A stretch of DNA of 55,883 bases, counting the filler, from Platydemus manokwari (Eukaryota): assembly GCA_037951405.1 (NCBI GenBank). It is 4 parts of 4 records of this genome, joined end to end, with 100 filler letters (N's around TTAATTAATTAA, not from the genome) between each part and the next. Parts side by side here need not be neighbours in the genome. Positions count along the whole stretch, not along the records: positions 38,353 to 55,883 come from JBBMOY011011080.1; 3 more parts are not named here. One strand, given 5' to 3'. Below the pieces are notes generated by a model, which saw only the letters and a program-made list of their open reading frames with translations, made no database searches and was not told the DNA's origin. This document shows, in pieces, positions 39,010-53,100 of this stretch (the first letter of the stretch is position 1; every line of letters begins with the position of its first letter). Position numbers and translations under genes: made by a program.

Positions 39010-39654
39010 TGTTAATTAATGTGATGACGTGAAAGCTTAAATACAAATTGAACGAGTCTTACTTCGAGCTTTTGAACTAATGTATAAAAATTCTTCTTCC
39101 GAAATTTACTCCAAGTGATCTCAAAAATATCTCTTCTTCGTGAACGTATTCCAACCGAAAGTAGATACGAATGTCGATTCGAATTCGTAATTAATATCAC
39201 AATGTAACTCTGCTGTTTACTGCAATGCTGGCTGTGGAATTTTCAGGTTTTTCTGTTCTGATTCTAGGTATTTATACCTCTGTGCCGTCCCCCAAACATC
39301 TATTTTTAGGAACGGCTCGCCGTTGGCGACAATTTGCATTTTGATGTCTTTATTATTGGCATTCCAATGTAATTTATTAATACATTTTATTATCTATTAT
39401 AATTATCTATTTTTATCTATTATCTGCGCTTTTTATTAATATATTTTATTGTTTTATAATTTGTTGTTTATTTTTGTGACCTATTATAAATATATTCTAT
39501 TATTTATTTTATTGTATGTCTTATTAATTCCCTTTTAATTCGTTATAAGTGTTATGTCCATTTTTTATTATAGCTTTATTGTGGTCTTTTTTGCAGTCTC
39601 GTTATTTTATTTTATGACAATCTGCCAAATTCTCTCTCGCTCCGCTTCCTGACA
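39010..39654 (-). mobile_element. Solo LTR (645 bp) with a 4-bp target-site duplication
   Basis: Ends are TGTTA...TGACA, with TTAT immediately on both sides (39006-39009 and 39655-39658). A minus-strand TATAAATA at 39276-39269 sets the orientation. A 4-bp AT-rich match could be chance. Confidence 0.55.
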
Positions 39655-41134
39655 TTATAGCATTATAACAGTTAAATAAAATAATGTTAACACATAATAC
39701 ATAATAATTGTTGTAACACACTAAGATAATAAACAATGTAACACATAGATTGTTAATCTGTCATAACATGAGGATAATAACACAAAGATTATCAATTGTC
39801 AAATAGTGTCTTTTTTCGCAAACGTCATCGGCAGCAAATCTGGACTGGCTAAATTGTGTGCTCCATAGTCACAGGTATTATGTATATTTATGTTATGTGC
39901 ATGGCTGTATGCAGTGTAATAGAGGGTAACTTCGAATAATTGAGGGTTAAAATGGTAATTAGTCAGTACTGTGCTGGTGTAGTTTGTTGGTGGGGATCCC
40001 AACAGGACAACTCTTACTGATGATTTTTGTATTAACATTTCTTTCATGCATATACTCGGTAGTCAATTTTATTTGTAAGTTCATTGTTCAAATTGTTCAT
40101 AATATTTTTGTTATGATGAAGGAAAAGAGCTTTAGCACCTAGTAAATACATGAGTTTGCAATTCGATTTCATGATGATACTTTCAGTATTGTATGTCTTT
40201 CAATGCATGCCTGCTTAGGATTGAAAATGTGTCTACTCTGGCTTTATGAATAAATTATAAGCTATTTTAGTCCCCACATGAAACCTGGAACTTGTACGTC
40301 TTTCACTATATCACCAAATTTCGTCTGACCGTTGCAAAATGTTCTTTATTTTTTTAACTAAGTGTAACATAATATTCTAATATTTCGTTGTTGTTTGAAA
40401 ATTTAGAAATAATTCGTAGATCAAGTTCGAAATCATAAAGCATATGTTCAATAACTGTGTTTTGAATGTGTTTTCGATATTATTAATTATTTATTTTTAT
40501 CTCCTCACCAATTTTAATTGATTTATGTTTCCTCGGTAGTGAAATTTAACCAACAAATTCATTGGTGGACCATTGGTCTTTCAAATTATCCTAAAGCCAT
40601 TTCTTTAATTATTTTATTTGTAAAAAAATGACATACTCATCTCATAGAGATTACAGTTGACAAACTAAATCGAAATATAAATAAACATTCTCGACGTACA
40701 TAAGTATTTATAAATTCATAATATGCGTTTATATTTTTATAATTAGCTTTTCAAACATTGTGATTTACAATATTAAATTTAGTTAATCAAGAGAATTTAA
40801 TTTTTCTTTTTCAATTGTATTATTAACTTAGCTTATTGCATTTTTTTAAGAAACCGATTACGCTAACATTGCAAATGATAATGGAAAATCGAAACAGAAC
40901 TAACATATACGTAGAAGCAACGGTATGGTTAAAAGTAGTTTGTTGAAGAGCTAGAAGAAATTTCTGAACTGGTGTTAAGAGACTTTTATTGGTTTTTTGA
41001 CGATATTACCTTAATCGATTTAGGGTTTGCACCCCAATGTAATAAGCAATATAAACAACAATCTGATAACTTTATTTGCATTAGGTTTTCATTGAAATTT
41101 AGCAAAATCGACGAAATATTCATAATAATATTTA

Positions 41135-43030
41135 ATGTCTAATAATCAAGAATTCGATGAACTTTCTATTCGTGAGAAAAAAAATTGTCCTCTAACAATC
41201 AAATCTTGGCAAAATTTATTGTGAATTCAATAGATCTAATCAATAAATAAGTAAGATTTCAGTTTTGATATCAAATGAAACCTTTAAATGATTCATAGAT
41301 AGTTTTAAAGACAATGAAGGTGTTTTATTAAATTATAAAATCAGAAATATTGATTTCAAATAAACAGTAAAACAATGATTCCCAAACTTTTCGGGCGTAC
41401 GGCCACCTTTTCAGAATAAATATTACTTAGCGTCCCAAACTAACCCACACCAATTTTTTTAAACTTTTAGTAGCAATTTATACAAACAATCTTAATGCTA
41501 CTTTATTTTTCATTAAATATATTAAAACGATATATAAATTAGGTAGAAACAATGCATTTTGAAAGTAAGAACATATTTATTGGACTTAGAATATATTTTA
41601 ATACTAAAATTCGAAATTATGTTAATGAGAAGGATGAACCTTGTGTGCTGCTACCAATTTTGTTGCTACCAATGGGCTTTATTTTCATCAGAAGTAACCT
41701 TAAATCACTCTGATTGACTATCTGCAAGCGGTTTCTGTTTATGCTTAACAAATTGGCTACCGCACTGAAACCACGCTGTAACAGGTATGATGAAGGAAAT
41801 GCAATGAGGAACTTTTGAACTACAGCCTATACTTCAGGATAAATTGTGGAGATTTTGGTAACCAGAATTTTTGGTAACCACTTTTGAAATTGAATTTAAA
41901 TGTGCGCGATTACACAAACTTCAAAAAAATTAGTGAGAACGTACAGTACGTTGTTTAAAGACAAATTAAGCGTTTTGAGCAAACGAGATACACCAAAATT
42001 TTTAATAATAATTTTCTTACATTCTTATAGTATTATCACCCCAAAATAAGCTTGTGTTCACCACCGACCCTCTGGATCCTTGTAGCGCCCACTTTGGAAA
42101 TCCATGATATAGATAATGATTACAAATGTGGAATTTGTAATACGATATTGATTAATGCATTTTTGACCACCAATTCCATAATGTATCGATTATTTTACAA
42201 AGGAAAGCAGGCAAAAATGTCCTGGATAATTAGAGTTCTCTAACAAAAAATTTCTAATCGTTATCGAGCAATCAATATTAACATATTGTAATTAATAGTA
42301 AGATATGCCAATATTGATTGCCAAACAGAAATCGATTTGAAAATGTTAGAAAATCATTTAACAAATTTCGAGAACAAACCACAGGATTATCAATATGTCG
42401 CTGTTGGCTGGATATAAAATAAGTTGCCCGCACTAAGTAGATGATCACCTTGTATAGGATATTTAATACCACAATAAATTATTGATTAATTTAATGAATA
42501 ATTTTGGAAACGAGATCGAGTCGATGAAGAACATAAATTATTAATTAAAACAGCCAATCAGAATCGATAAAAATAAGAGATATAAAAAATCAATATTTGT
42601 GTATAAAATTATATTTCGATTGAAAAATATTTCAGAAAATCATTCAAGTTCGATAAAATAAAGAAAAACAAAATTCAGCACAAATCGAATTATTAAATGA
42701 AGAAATCTGCTGGATTAAAATCGAAAGTAGATCAATAATGAATGCAATGCAGGCACTGAAAGGTGGCCTGCTACAGGAAGTGAGGTGATTTATTAAATAT
42801 TGATTAAGACTATTAAGAATCTCAAAGTCAAAAGCAATATCCATAATCTATCTCGAAAAATAGATCAATTAAAATTTTATAACGAACTGCAATTAGAAGC
42901 AATAATTGAGCTCAAACAGAAACCAAATGCGATAAAATTTTTGATCGATTGGAAAAGATAAAGATGAAATCGATCAGTTCAAAACGTAATTGAGTGCTCT
43001 CACCGTTTGTCAGGTACTAATCGATTGGAT
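41135..43030 (+). pseudogene. TRAF-like (RING + TRAF zinc finger + coiled coil) pseudogene interrupted by a hAT insertion
   Basis: Reads MSNNQEFDEL...YKIRNIDFK*TV, then the hAT insert, then IDNDYKCGICNTILINAF...CIDYFTKESRQKCPG* (RING remnant). IVRYANIDCQTEIDLKMLENHLTNFENKPQDYQYVAVGW follows, in which four expected Cys are one-base changes (TAT, TTC, TAT, TGG). Next comes coiled-coil-like NSAQIELLNEEI. There are many stops and no MATH domain was identified. Confidence 0.55.
41373..42106 (-). mobile_element. Internally deleted hAT (Charlie/Buster) element retaining the transposase C-terminal dimerisation region
   Basis: Degenerate TIRs CAATGATTCCCAAAC (41373) and CTTTGGAAATCCATG (42106). The minus strand at about 41900-41620 reads GYQKFWL..IYPEV*AVVQKFLIAFPSSYLLQRGFSAVANLLSINRNRLQI..SDLRLLL...HKVHPSH*. 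The TSD has decayed. Confidence 0.85.
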
Positions 43031-46000
43031 ATCACAAGCTAGTGATTTTTAAAACTGAATTAATCGATATAATTCCTTCAAGTGAGGTTGTAAGAATGAT
43101 TCCATCCTAATCATCAGAAGGGAAAATCCATCTACAATATATCGATTTACAAGCGAGCGAGTACATCTGGCCAATCAATAATTAAGCTGATAATTTCAGC
43201 AGACAGGCAAAAATAGCAAATACAGAATCTTGTATCTTAGTGATGGATTTTTGTCGTCGTCCTTCTTGTCAATTGATCGATATAATGAATATTTGAGTTT
43301 CTCTTTCCACCTTTGGCCTTTCAATCGAGATATCGAATTGGCATTGATATATCGGAAAACTGGTTTTGCTTTTGTAACACGGATAATTAAATGTTCAGAA
43401 TAACCCAATGATATCACATTAAAGAAATCAATAATTGATAAAATCAAGCCTTCTGGTTAGTTAATCCTGTTATTTCGGCGGTTGAAATATCAGCCAATCC
43501 AATGATAATCGAGAACTATTGATTAAGTTTGTATGCTCTGTCCAACTCAGTTCAAGCCATTTTCATACGAGTTATTAGACAAGCAACGATTCAGAAATGA
43601 TTTTTATCGATTATTTTCTTGACAGTGTGCTATATAAAATAATTTTTCTCTTTTAAACAAATTGCTTTTTTGATGAAAACTAAACATAATGTTATATTGG
43701 TTGATTATTTATTGATCAAATGTAAAATCAATAATGACGGCATTGCGAGAATTATTAATCGGATTGAGACATCACCTCCAGTCAGAATGACATTCATTAT
43801 CAAGAAATCAAATCCAGAATCCAAAGTCGCTCGATCTCATCTTTAAATTTCAGATTGTTTCGATTCTTACTGATAGTCAATCAATAGATTCCTGAGATTT
43901 TCAAATATATCTCATCAATATTATCATAAATTCTCCACAAATCTTTATCCTAGATTAGTTAAAAAATATATTTAATATATTCGTCTTAAATCGCAAAACT
44001 TAATCCACATCATCAAATCGTTTGACCTTTTCTTATTATTTGTTTCGTGTTTATTTGATTTGATTTAACAATTTGATTTTAATAACATTTTATTGGTAAT
44101 TAGATTCATGCTATGTTCGAACCTTAATGATTAAGCAGGATTGTCTTGATCAGTCTCAATGAGTTCTTGGTTAAGGCCACAGATGTGATCTATTCTTCGA
44201 CCTGCACAACCTTATTGTGTGGAGACAATCGGTGTGATTATAGTCTCAATTTATTTTAATTCCTATTTTTACTGTCACCAATGACAATGAGCAATGATCT
44301 ATGATCGATTATTTATATCTAATCAATAACTAAGTCTTCTTACTTCAAATATTTATTACTAAAATAACAATGATATAAACTGGCCACTAAATAAAATAAT
44401 AAAATAAAAATTGCAAATCAATTTTAGTGTTACACTAGACATCAGACCTAATAACGAACCTTAGAATGAGGTACGATTAATAGACCCCATATTCTCGGAG
44501 ATAAATCAGTTACCTCACAAATTTGAGAGGCAGCTCGATAATAACAGATATACGAATACCACAGTATGGATAAGTATTTTATAGAAATGTATCTTCTTAC
44601 TATAAGATCTTCCAGTAAAATAGATCGCATATATGAGATTTTGATTCCTATCACAGAATGATCTTCTTCGTTTCTACTGGGTCTCAATGTCGATATTGGA
44701 ATTATTGCACTTTTTTCAATGTAACAATCGTGTCTTAAATATGTCTGTAAATTGTGTCATTGTGGCAATGAGTCCGTGGTAATTGTGACTGCAACCTCAT
44801 ACAGGTAGTGCAGAGTCATTCGTAGAAATTCTCTATGATCATAACTTAATACCGCGAATTTTTCGTTTTCATGCTAAGATTTATTTATCACGGAGAGAAA
44901 TTCTGTGCGATTACATTTATTACACTGAAATTAATCCTCTCTGATTGAATTTACTCGACAGAATTGTGCGAGATAATAGGCCCCAATTTATTTGTCAGTT
45001 TTATGGAGCGATATATATTACAGGTTATTATTTTATGAATTAATTTATTATTTTATCAATTTAATGGATTTTCTATAATGAGTTATACTGATATTATTAT
45101 TATTTAAAAAAATTATGAACGATCAATATCATAAATATTCAATATATTATTTTTTATGAATATCATTTTTAGCAAAGAGATTTTGCTAAAGCTTTCCAAG
45201 GAAGAGTCAATTTTTTAAAAAATAAACTAATTAAATAAAAATTAAGAAAATAAAATTAATACACAGATAACGCATAGTGTTAGGTAGTGCTATTTTATGA
45301 AACACGTATCGAAAACGAACTGAAAAGACACGACAATAAACTATGTATTCAAATACAATAATCTAAACAAATCAATATAATTTTATATAAAACTAAATCT
45401 GTAAAAATTTAATTCTATTTTAATATCCTCACACATAGAAATACAAAGTTTAGTTTGATTTATTTATTTTGTCAAAACCCCAACAAAATATGTCCATTTT
45501 AGAGGAAAATTAATTATATGAGGATCTTGCACTGAGGATCTTTTTGAATTCACCCTAAGAAACCTTACAAACCGATTATTTGACTTACTTTACAATTACG
45601 TAGTAAGTAACACATTAAAACTGGTTTTTTGTTAATCTTATATTTATTGATTTTTTCGTAATCAGTGTTTGATTTATCTTTTCATTATAAAATAAGTTTA
45701 GTGGTTTAAAGTATCTTTCCATTTTCTTCTAAAGTTAAAAGAAGTCCTCTTTTATTTTTAATAAATTACAATCTGGCCTGCGCGACAAATAATCATTTTC
45801 TGATTCAAATAATCATTTTAAAATTCTAGTTTATTAATTTTTGACTTCAAATTGCTAAAATTCTTTTCAGATTCTTAAAGCTAATACTAAAATTGTTTTT
45901 GATATATAAAATTAATTCATCTGTATGGGTATTGCAGTGCACTCAACAAATTTATAAGTTAATTTAGGATCTCTTTTCGTTTCTTTGGAGATAAATATTT

Positions 46001-47200
46001 CAACCACTCAATGTTTCTGTTTTTGAATTCTTCATCTCTTTCCCTGAGCTTATAATTCTTATATTGTATCATTTCTATTTTTTAGTCTTTTATCAGTCTT
46101 TCATCTTATTGAATTACTCGATTGAGTCTTTAAAGAATTTCTTTTTCGTTTTTCGTGTAAACTAATAAATGGTAAATATATACGACTGCTTTTAACCTGT
46201 TTAGAGGTTTCATAACTCGAATCAACAACTTCTGAAAGTCGCTCTGAAGTCCCAGCAATACCAAATATTATTCACTCGAAATAAAATTTTTCAAGCCAAT
46301 CTTGCAGAAAATTTTGGCTATATTCAATACTTTCTTCATTTATTCTAAATTTCGAAAAGAAAATAAGGATCGATGTTATTGCTTTCACCGCATGAAAATC
46401 TAAACATATTCCTATTCGTGAGCATTTCATTAATTTGGATTTCGAAATGAATAAATTTGATGGAAAATTATGATATTCTGGTGATGATGATAATTCGAAT
46501 CAATCAGACAATCTCAATGATTCAAATCTTATTTTATTTTAGTCCATCAAAAGAAGATTAATGGGTATGCACCAAAAATCTGACTCTTTACAGAAATACG
46601 GTTGTGATTATAAATAATATACATGAATAAATGATAACAAACATGAATAATGAAAACTATTTTATTCGATAAGTAATTACACAATGTATGATCAAGTAAA
46701 ATTAAAAGTGAAAGCTTTATGCCCTGTAGGGATAATTAAAATCGGTGGAGGGCATAGGTGCTCGCTACTCCGAATAAAAGTAAGGAAATGATAAATGATT
46801 TGAAGTCTACAAACTCTAACGACTTTGAAGATTACAAACTACTGCTTTCCAACTAATCCCCGGTTGGAGATTGATGAAAAAGTGATGATAAAAATAAACA
46901 AATAGAAAGTTACCAAGTTACGCGAGTGTATTGAATAGACGATCCCGATAATAGTAGAACCCAATGTACAGTAATATGCGTTACTGAGAAGAGCTTGGAA
47001 ATAAAAATTCCACTGATTATGATATCTGAATGACAGCAATATGAGTTGCTGAATGTTGGGTACAAATTTATCGATAACTTGTTTAAGTGTGAGAAATTTG
47101 TGTGCAACTTTTTCTAAAATTTGTTTTCTTATATACTGTTTCTCACCAGTTGCTGACTAAGTGTAAAACGCATAGTCAAGCCTCCTTGTAGATTTCTGAC

Positions 47201-47244
47201 GTTGCTATGGTTTTATGCTAAATAATTCAAGTTTCCATGGCAAC
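47201..47244. promoter_or_regulatory. Pair of X-box (RFX)-like sites
   Basis: GTTTCCATGGCAAC at 47231-47244 is a canonical 14-bp X-box. GTTGCTATGG at 47201-47210 is a strong partial site. Confidence 0.5.
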
Positions 47245-47800
47245 GTGTGATTTTGTCGTATTCTTCTAAATTAGTCACTACTGACTAATTGTAACTGATG
47301 ATTAATTCCAAATGTTGTTATGGAATTTTGTTTTTAATTTTTATTGTAACATTTTTATTATTATATTTATGTGCCTATATTTATCTTTATATTATCTGTA
47401 TTATATATGTTATCTGATCACCATTTCTTCAATATTAAAGCATCTCTGTTTCACTTATATCCTTTCAAAAGTTTCAAAAATATCTTTACATTTTTACAAA
47501 AGTTTCTCCAATTTTTATCTAAGATATATCAGTGATACATACGCATGTTGTAATAATTCATCTCCATTGAAATTACCATGTCATATCAAAATATAGAGAA
47601 TGATCAATTCTTAATACCAACTTATCTTTTCAACGATAAATAAAAATTACCACTCCATTTTTTAAATGAAAGAATAAAAATCTCGTCACATAATATTAAT
47701 AACGATAAACGAGAAATATTTTTCATTTTATTATAAAAAATAGATTTAACAAGATTAGTATCGCAGGCACACGTGATATGCCTCACCAATTGCTATTATT

Positions 47801-48029
47801 CAGGGGTCTTCAAACTTTTTCAGCAAAGGGCCACATTGCTGATTGTTTAAAATTTGGAGGGCCAAAGATAACGGAAAATTGAATAATCTATGTAATTTTC
47901 GTAACTCTAGGCGAAACTCTGGAACATATCTAAAAACGCGATTATCATAAATATGTGTATCACTTAATTTTGTCATAATGTTCGTGTGTTTCATAGTAAG
48001 CTTGGCGGGCCGTACTTTGGAGACCCCTG
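47801..48029. mobile_element. Complete 229-bp hAT (Charlie/MER30-like) MITE
   Basis: TIRs CAGGGGTCTTCAAA and TTTGGAGACCCCTG, with a perfect 8-bp TSD CTATTATT at 47793-47800 and 48030-48037. Confidence 0.95.
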
Positions 48030-49194
48030 CTATTATTTAATGATAAACAATTAATGAGATATTGGTAATATATTTATTAATGATTAAAGAATAAAATCAA
48101 ACCTATCATCCCAGCCATCAGCGAAGTTCTAAAAAAACAAACAAGGCTTTTACGGTGAAATCAGAGGAGACGCGATCAACCTTAAACAAAGACCAATAGA
48201 GTTGTTAATAACTATTCTAAAAAATTATCTAAAACGCACTTCTAGTTATTTGTTCATCTAGTTATTATTAATCTTTTAAACAATATTGCATTTAATCGAA
48301 TTTTATTATTGATCTTCTGATTCTAATTATATTTTAATATCCTTTATATATGAGTTTGATAATATCTATATCTATTCGAGTCAGATTTCTAATTGGTATT
48401 TTATTACAATTCATCAACAAACTTTCAACCGTCACGACTCATTAATTTCCAAATATTCATTGATCTCCTTTAGATTGATAAATTTAAAAAATTAAAATAA
48501 TCATAGCCATGCAAAACATTGTCATATCATTATTTTTATCAATTTATCACAGGTATTGTTATTACTGATAGTTATTAGTTTGACACCAACATCGATATCT
48601 AATTACTTTGACCACAACCCGCAGTGGATATTCTGATTATGGCGTTAGGATAAACTTGATTGATTGAATACATACAATGTATAATATTAGTTGATTAGCT
48701 CACATTTCAATTAATTATTTCCAACCACAATCTTATTTCATCCATTTTACTTTTCTCTTGTGATAAAGACAATCACAATAATCGATGATGAGCTGTGTAT
48801 TTTTAATTTGGATTTTTAAAATTAATTATGATACACAAACGACAGTTCATTCATATCCATACAATTATCGATCATGAGTCTACACCATTGTTGGTCTCAA
48901 GATGTATTAATATTAACTTGAAAGATTGTATGTGTTCACATTATCGTGGAAAGACGATCTTTTAAGCTAATCGATATAAACGGTTTACCAGCAGCTTGTC
49001 TTTTTTCGAATCGATTTTCTAATAGAACAAACAACGATGGATAGAAATTTTGCAATATTATTTATTTATTGATGTCACAGTTCATTGATTGTGTTTCAAG
49101 AATTAAGATAATCAACAAATATATTAGCAAATATATTCAAATCGTTACCATCATATCAGCTCACAAATAACGTATATAATTTGATTTATTATTA

Positions 49195-49871
49195 TGTAAA
49201 GAACAAAATTGGTTTGTGATCATAATTGTTTTGGATGTATCACAAATCAATCAAAGGGTCACAAGAACCAAGGAAAAACCCTAAAATGACTCAATACACA
49301 CATATCCGATAAATACACGTGCCGTTAACCAATCAAATTCATTCTAATGTTAATCCATATTTAGAAGCTAAGAATCGACTGGCATACACCTACAAACGGC
49401 AGAAAGCGCAAATATCAGCCAATGGCTCGAGATATATAAGGAAATCTTAAATAAATCAATCCATAAACAAATTCAGCGAATTGAAAAAGAAGATCTGTGA
49501 CATCAAGCAGACACACCCGATGGGTCTATAAAAGAAATTGAGTTTCATGGATTCCTGCCAGTCTTTTTGGTTGGTAACTTCAGTATTTAGCTCATGTGTA
49601 ATTTGAGAAACCAGTCTTTTTGATTACTTTTCATCCTGTTTTCGACTTTCGGGCGCGGATTCCATCCTGAATGATTTTCTTTGTAAATTTGTTAAGATTT
49701 GGTGTTTATTGTTATATGTAATATTTAGTTACTACAAATTTTCACATTTAAATTGTTGTTGATAACCCAACAATTGTTATCTTAGATAGCATCTCAATCA
49801 TTTAATAAATACTATTTAATCTATCTGATAATCAAATCTGAAGGTTTATGCAAATTATTTTCCACATAACA
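49195..49871 (+). mobile_element. Possible LTR-like sequence
   Basis: Candidate TG..CA ends, AGCCAAT (about 49418) then TATATAA (about 49433), and AATAAA near 49804. No TSD; it could instead be a promoter region of the downstream gene. Confidence 0.2.
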
Positions 49872-50135
49872 ATATATTAAAGTAAACCACAGCTTTTTAA
49901 AAATTAAAAAAATTAGAAATTCAGAAAATTTATTCCAATATATTTACAAGAACATGAAATATCAAAATTTTCAGAGTACTTACAAGCACATATTAAACTT
50001 CTTGAAGCCAAATATCGGATAGTTTATTTAAATTTTTAATATGTCTACAAAATAAATCATAAACGATTAAACAATCTTGAGGTTAATCGATATACATAAA
50101 TAAAAACGTTCTTGTAAAAAAATCAATTTTTATAG

Positions 50136-53100
50136 ATGACAGAATTTGATGATTGCAGAAACTCTGGCAGGATGGAAGCAAGCACTCAACCAAGTATTAT
50201 TTTATCTAGAATTGGAATAATTAATTATAATCACATTGCAAAATTATATTCATCGTCTCGGTAGATTATATTATCATCATAAAATATTATTCAACTATAT
50301 AGAATGCACAATATGAGATTTGAAGTATTAACATATCATTATAAACTGGAATATTGGTAACACATTGTTGATCCAATTGTCAATTGAGATTTCACCAATA
50401 TCCAATATCTTCTAAGGCATAATGATCTAATCGATTTCTTTATTAATCAGGAAAGAAACTGGATGATATTTACTATTCCAAAATTGACGAGGAAACTAAG
50501 AGCATACCGAAGCAAACAATACCTCAAGTGATAACAGAGACAGTGAAGAACAATACAGATTTTCCAGTGTTGAAATATAAAACTGATCCAAATGGCCTTT
50601 TCGATGTGACGGTGACGATGGCTGAATATCTGCGCGATATCAAGAGTGCTGCAAGAAGCTTCATTACAGTATTAAATCATATTATTATCGTAATTAAAGC
50701 CGAATTAATTATTATTATCGAATATATTATTATTTTCTCTACATTGCAATGATAAGATTCTAATTCCACTATAAGAATAAGTTACTCCTATAAGATTTGC
50801 TCTTAGACACGAAAACTACAAAAAGACCTAAGTAATGGAAGTCTAAGGATTGGGTTGACTGTTTTAATCATGGGGTTCGCAATTACTTGATTAGATCAGT
50901 ACAGTCTCAAAATCTGCAATGGTATAGTGTTGTGGAGAACTTCTGTTCTGAACTTCTGAAACATATGAGATGTTCAGATAAAATTTCCAACATGAAAAAC
51001 TACAATATCAAAGTTATTTATGAAAAAATTATGTTTATGATTGACTTTATTATTAAAAAGTCGTGTTGGTCGAGTAAATATAGTAAAAAATTGTAAAATT
51101 CTTCAAGAAACAACATTACATGCAGCCTCCTATTATGATTTCCTGAAATATGAGAAAATCATTAGCATTTGAAGAGATTTCACCTTTATTTTTTAATAAA
51201 TGAAAAAAGATCTTTGGTTATTAGCAGAAAAATTTATAATTGATAATTCTAGGATTAATGACAAAGTGAGTTGGTGTAGTTTTGATCTACTCACTAAAAG
51301 TTGCTTTATAATCCACAGTTATGAAAAAGTTATTAAATAGATTTTATGGTGTATATATTATGATAGATGATACATTGAGCTTAGATCAATTTATTAATTT
51401 TGGATATTGATTTCACGATTTCATCTTTAAACCATCTTGTAAATTCTTTACTTATTTCAGTTGGGTCTTGATGTTAAAGCCGCTATCGGCATTATTGGAT
51501 TCAATCATCCTGCATGGTTTATAAGTGAGCTTGGAGCGATATTTGCTGGAGCGATTGCTTGTGGAATATACACGACGAATAGTCCAAATATTTATAAATT
51601 CATCATGAACGATTGCAATTGTCAAATTGTTGTCGTCGACAATGATCAACAAATCATCAAGATTATCACCATCCTGCCAGACATTCCGCAATTGAAAGTG
51701 ATAGTAATGTATTCAGGAACCGTTACTGATCACTTGAAGAATAAATGTAACATTCCAATTTTGACTGTAAATATTTTGATTGATATAACTGATAAATGAG
51801 TGTCGATCAGTGGACGGAATTCATGAATATCGAGTCTGCAAATGCACAAGCAGAAATGGAAAGACGGTTGGCAAATATTAAACCTGATGACTGTGCTATT
51901 CTCGTTTATACAAGTGGTACTACTGGTTTATCAAAAGGTGTGATGATATCTCATGACAGTGTTTGTGCTGATTCGATTGAAGTATCATTGATTATGTAAC
52001 ATAGATAATTTACGCCTTCCAAATGTATAATCACGATCTATGTATGGAGCCATTCAAAGATTCCATTGTATCATATTTACCATTGAGCCATGTAGCTGCA
52101 CAATTTTTCGATTTAATGCCAACAGTGATTATTGGAGCTACTGTTTATTTCGCCGATCCAGATGCACTTAAAAATTCACTGTTGAAAACATTGAAAGAAG
52201 TTGTATTATTTTTTGATTTGAAATTTATCTAATATTATAATTTTGGTCATCTACTGCATTAATTTTAGTTTGTAAAATGTAGGTCAGACCTACAATATTC
52301 ATAGCTGTACCAAGAATAATTGAGAAGCTCTACGAACATAGTGCACTGATTGATGGAAATCAATATCAAGGAAGAAGGTAGTATTTGGCTTAGTTTCATA
52401 TGGTCAATACTCCTATAAAGAGATGTTTGTCATGTTTAGTGAGGAAATACCATTCGACGTTGGGTGTAGAAATATAAACCTAGAACTTCGTTCTAAAATT
52501 CTGACACATTTAGGACTCGATCGATGTGGATATATTTCATCGATGTCAGCACCTTTGTCAACAAAGATGTTGGATTATTTTCTAAGCTATGACATCATTA
52601 TTCATCAATCGTATGGCTTGACAGAAAGTAGTGGCCCGGCTACAATTGAGAATAAATATAAAGTAATTCTATTTTAGTCAACAATTCTTGTATTCGATGC
52701 CAAATAGCACATACATTTTGTCCACAAAAATCTAAAATCAAACATAAGCTTAATTTATAGAACTATTAGTGATGACGTTTTGCAGTTAATTTAATGGTGT
52801 AATTTAGTTCATAAAAGGATCTGTTGGAGGTGTGATGAAGGGTACTGAATTGAAAATCGCACAACCCGATGAGAATATGGTAGGAGAGATTTGTGTGCGT
52901 GGTAGGCATGTATTTATAGGATATTACAACAATGAAGAAAAAACTAGAGAAGTAATCGATTCAGATGGATGGCTTCATTCCGGTGATATCGGCATGGTTG
53001 GCAACGGAGAGGCTGTTTTCATTACTGGTCGTATTAAAGGTGACATAACCAAAATTATGAACTTTTGGTTTGAACTTTTTATGATTAGAGCTTATTATTA

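Noticed and set aside
44428-45022. TG..CA-bounded segment as another solo LTR
   Set aside because: No TSD for any candidate pair of ends.
46718-46775. Short inverted repeat and GTGCTCGCT resembling the start of U6 snRNA
   Set aside because: The match ends after 9 nt and the rest of U6 is absent.
23522-47244. A ciliary gene cluster defined by ift88 and the X-boxes
   Set aside because: The sites are on different contigs separated by artificial spacers, and only one ciliary gene is identifiable.
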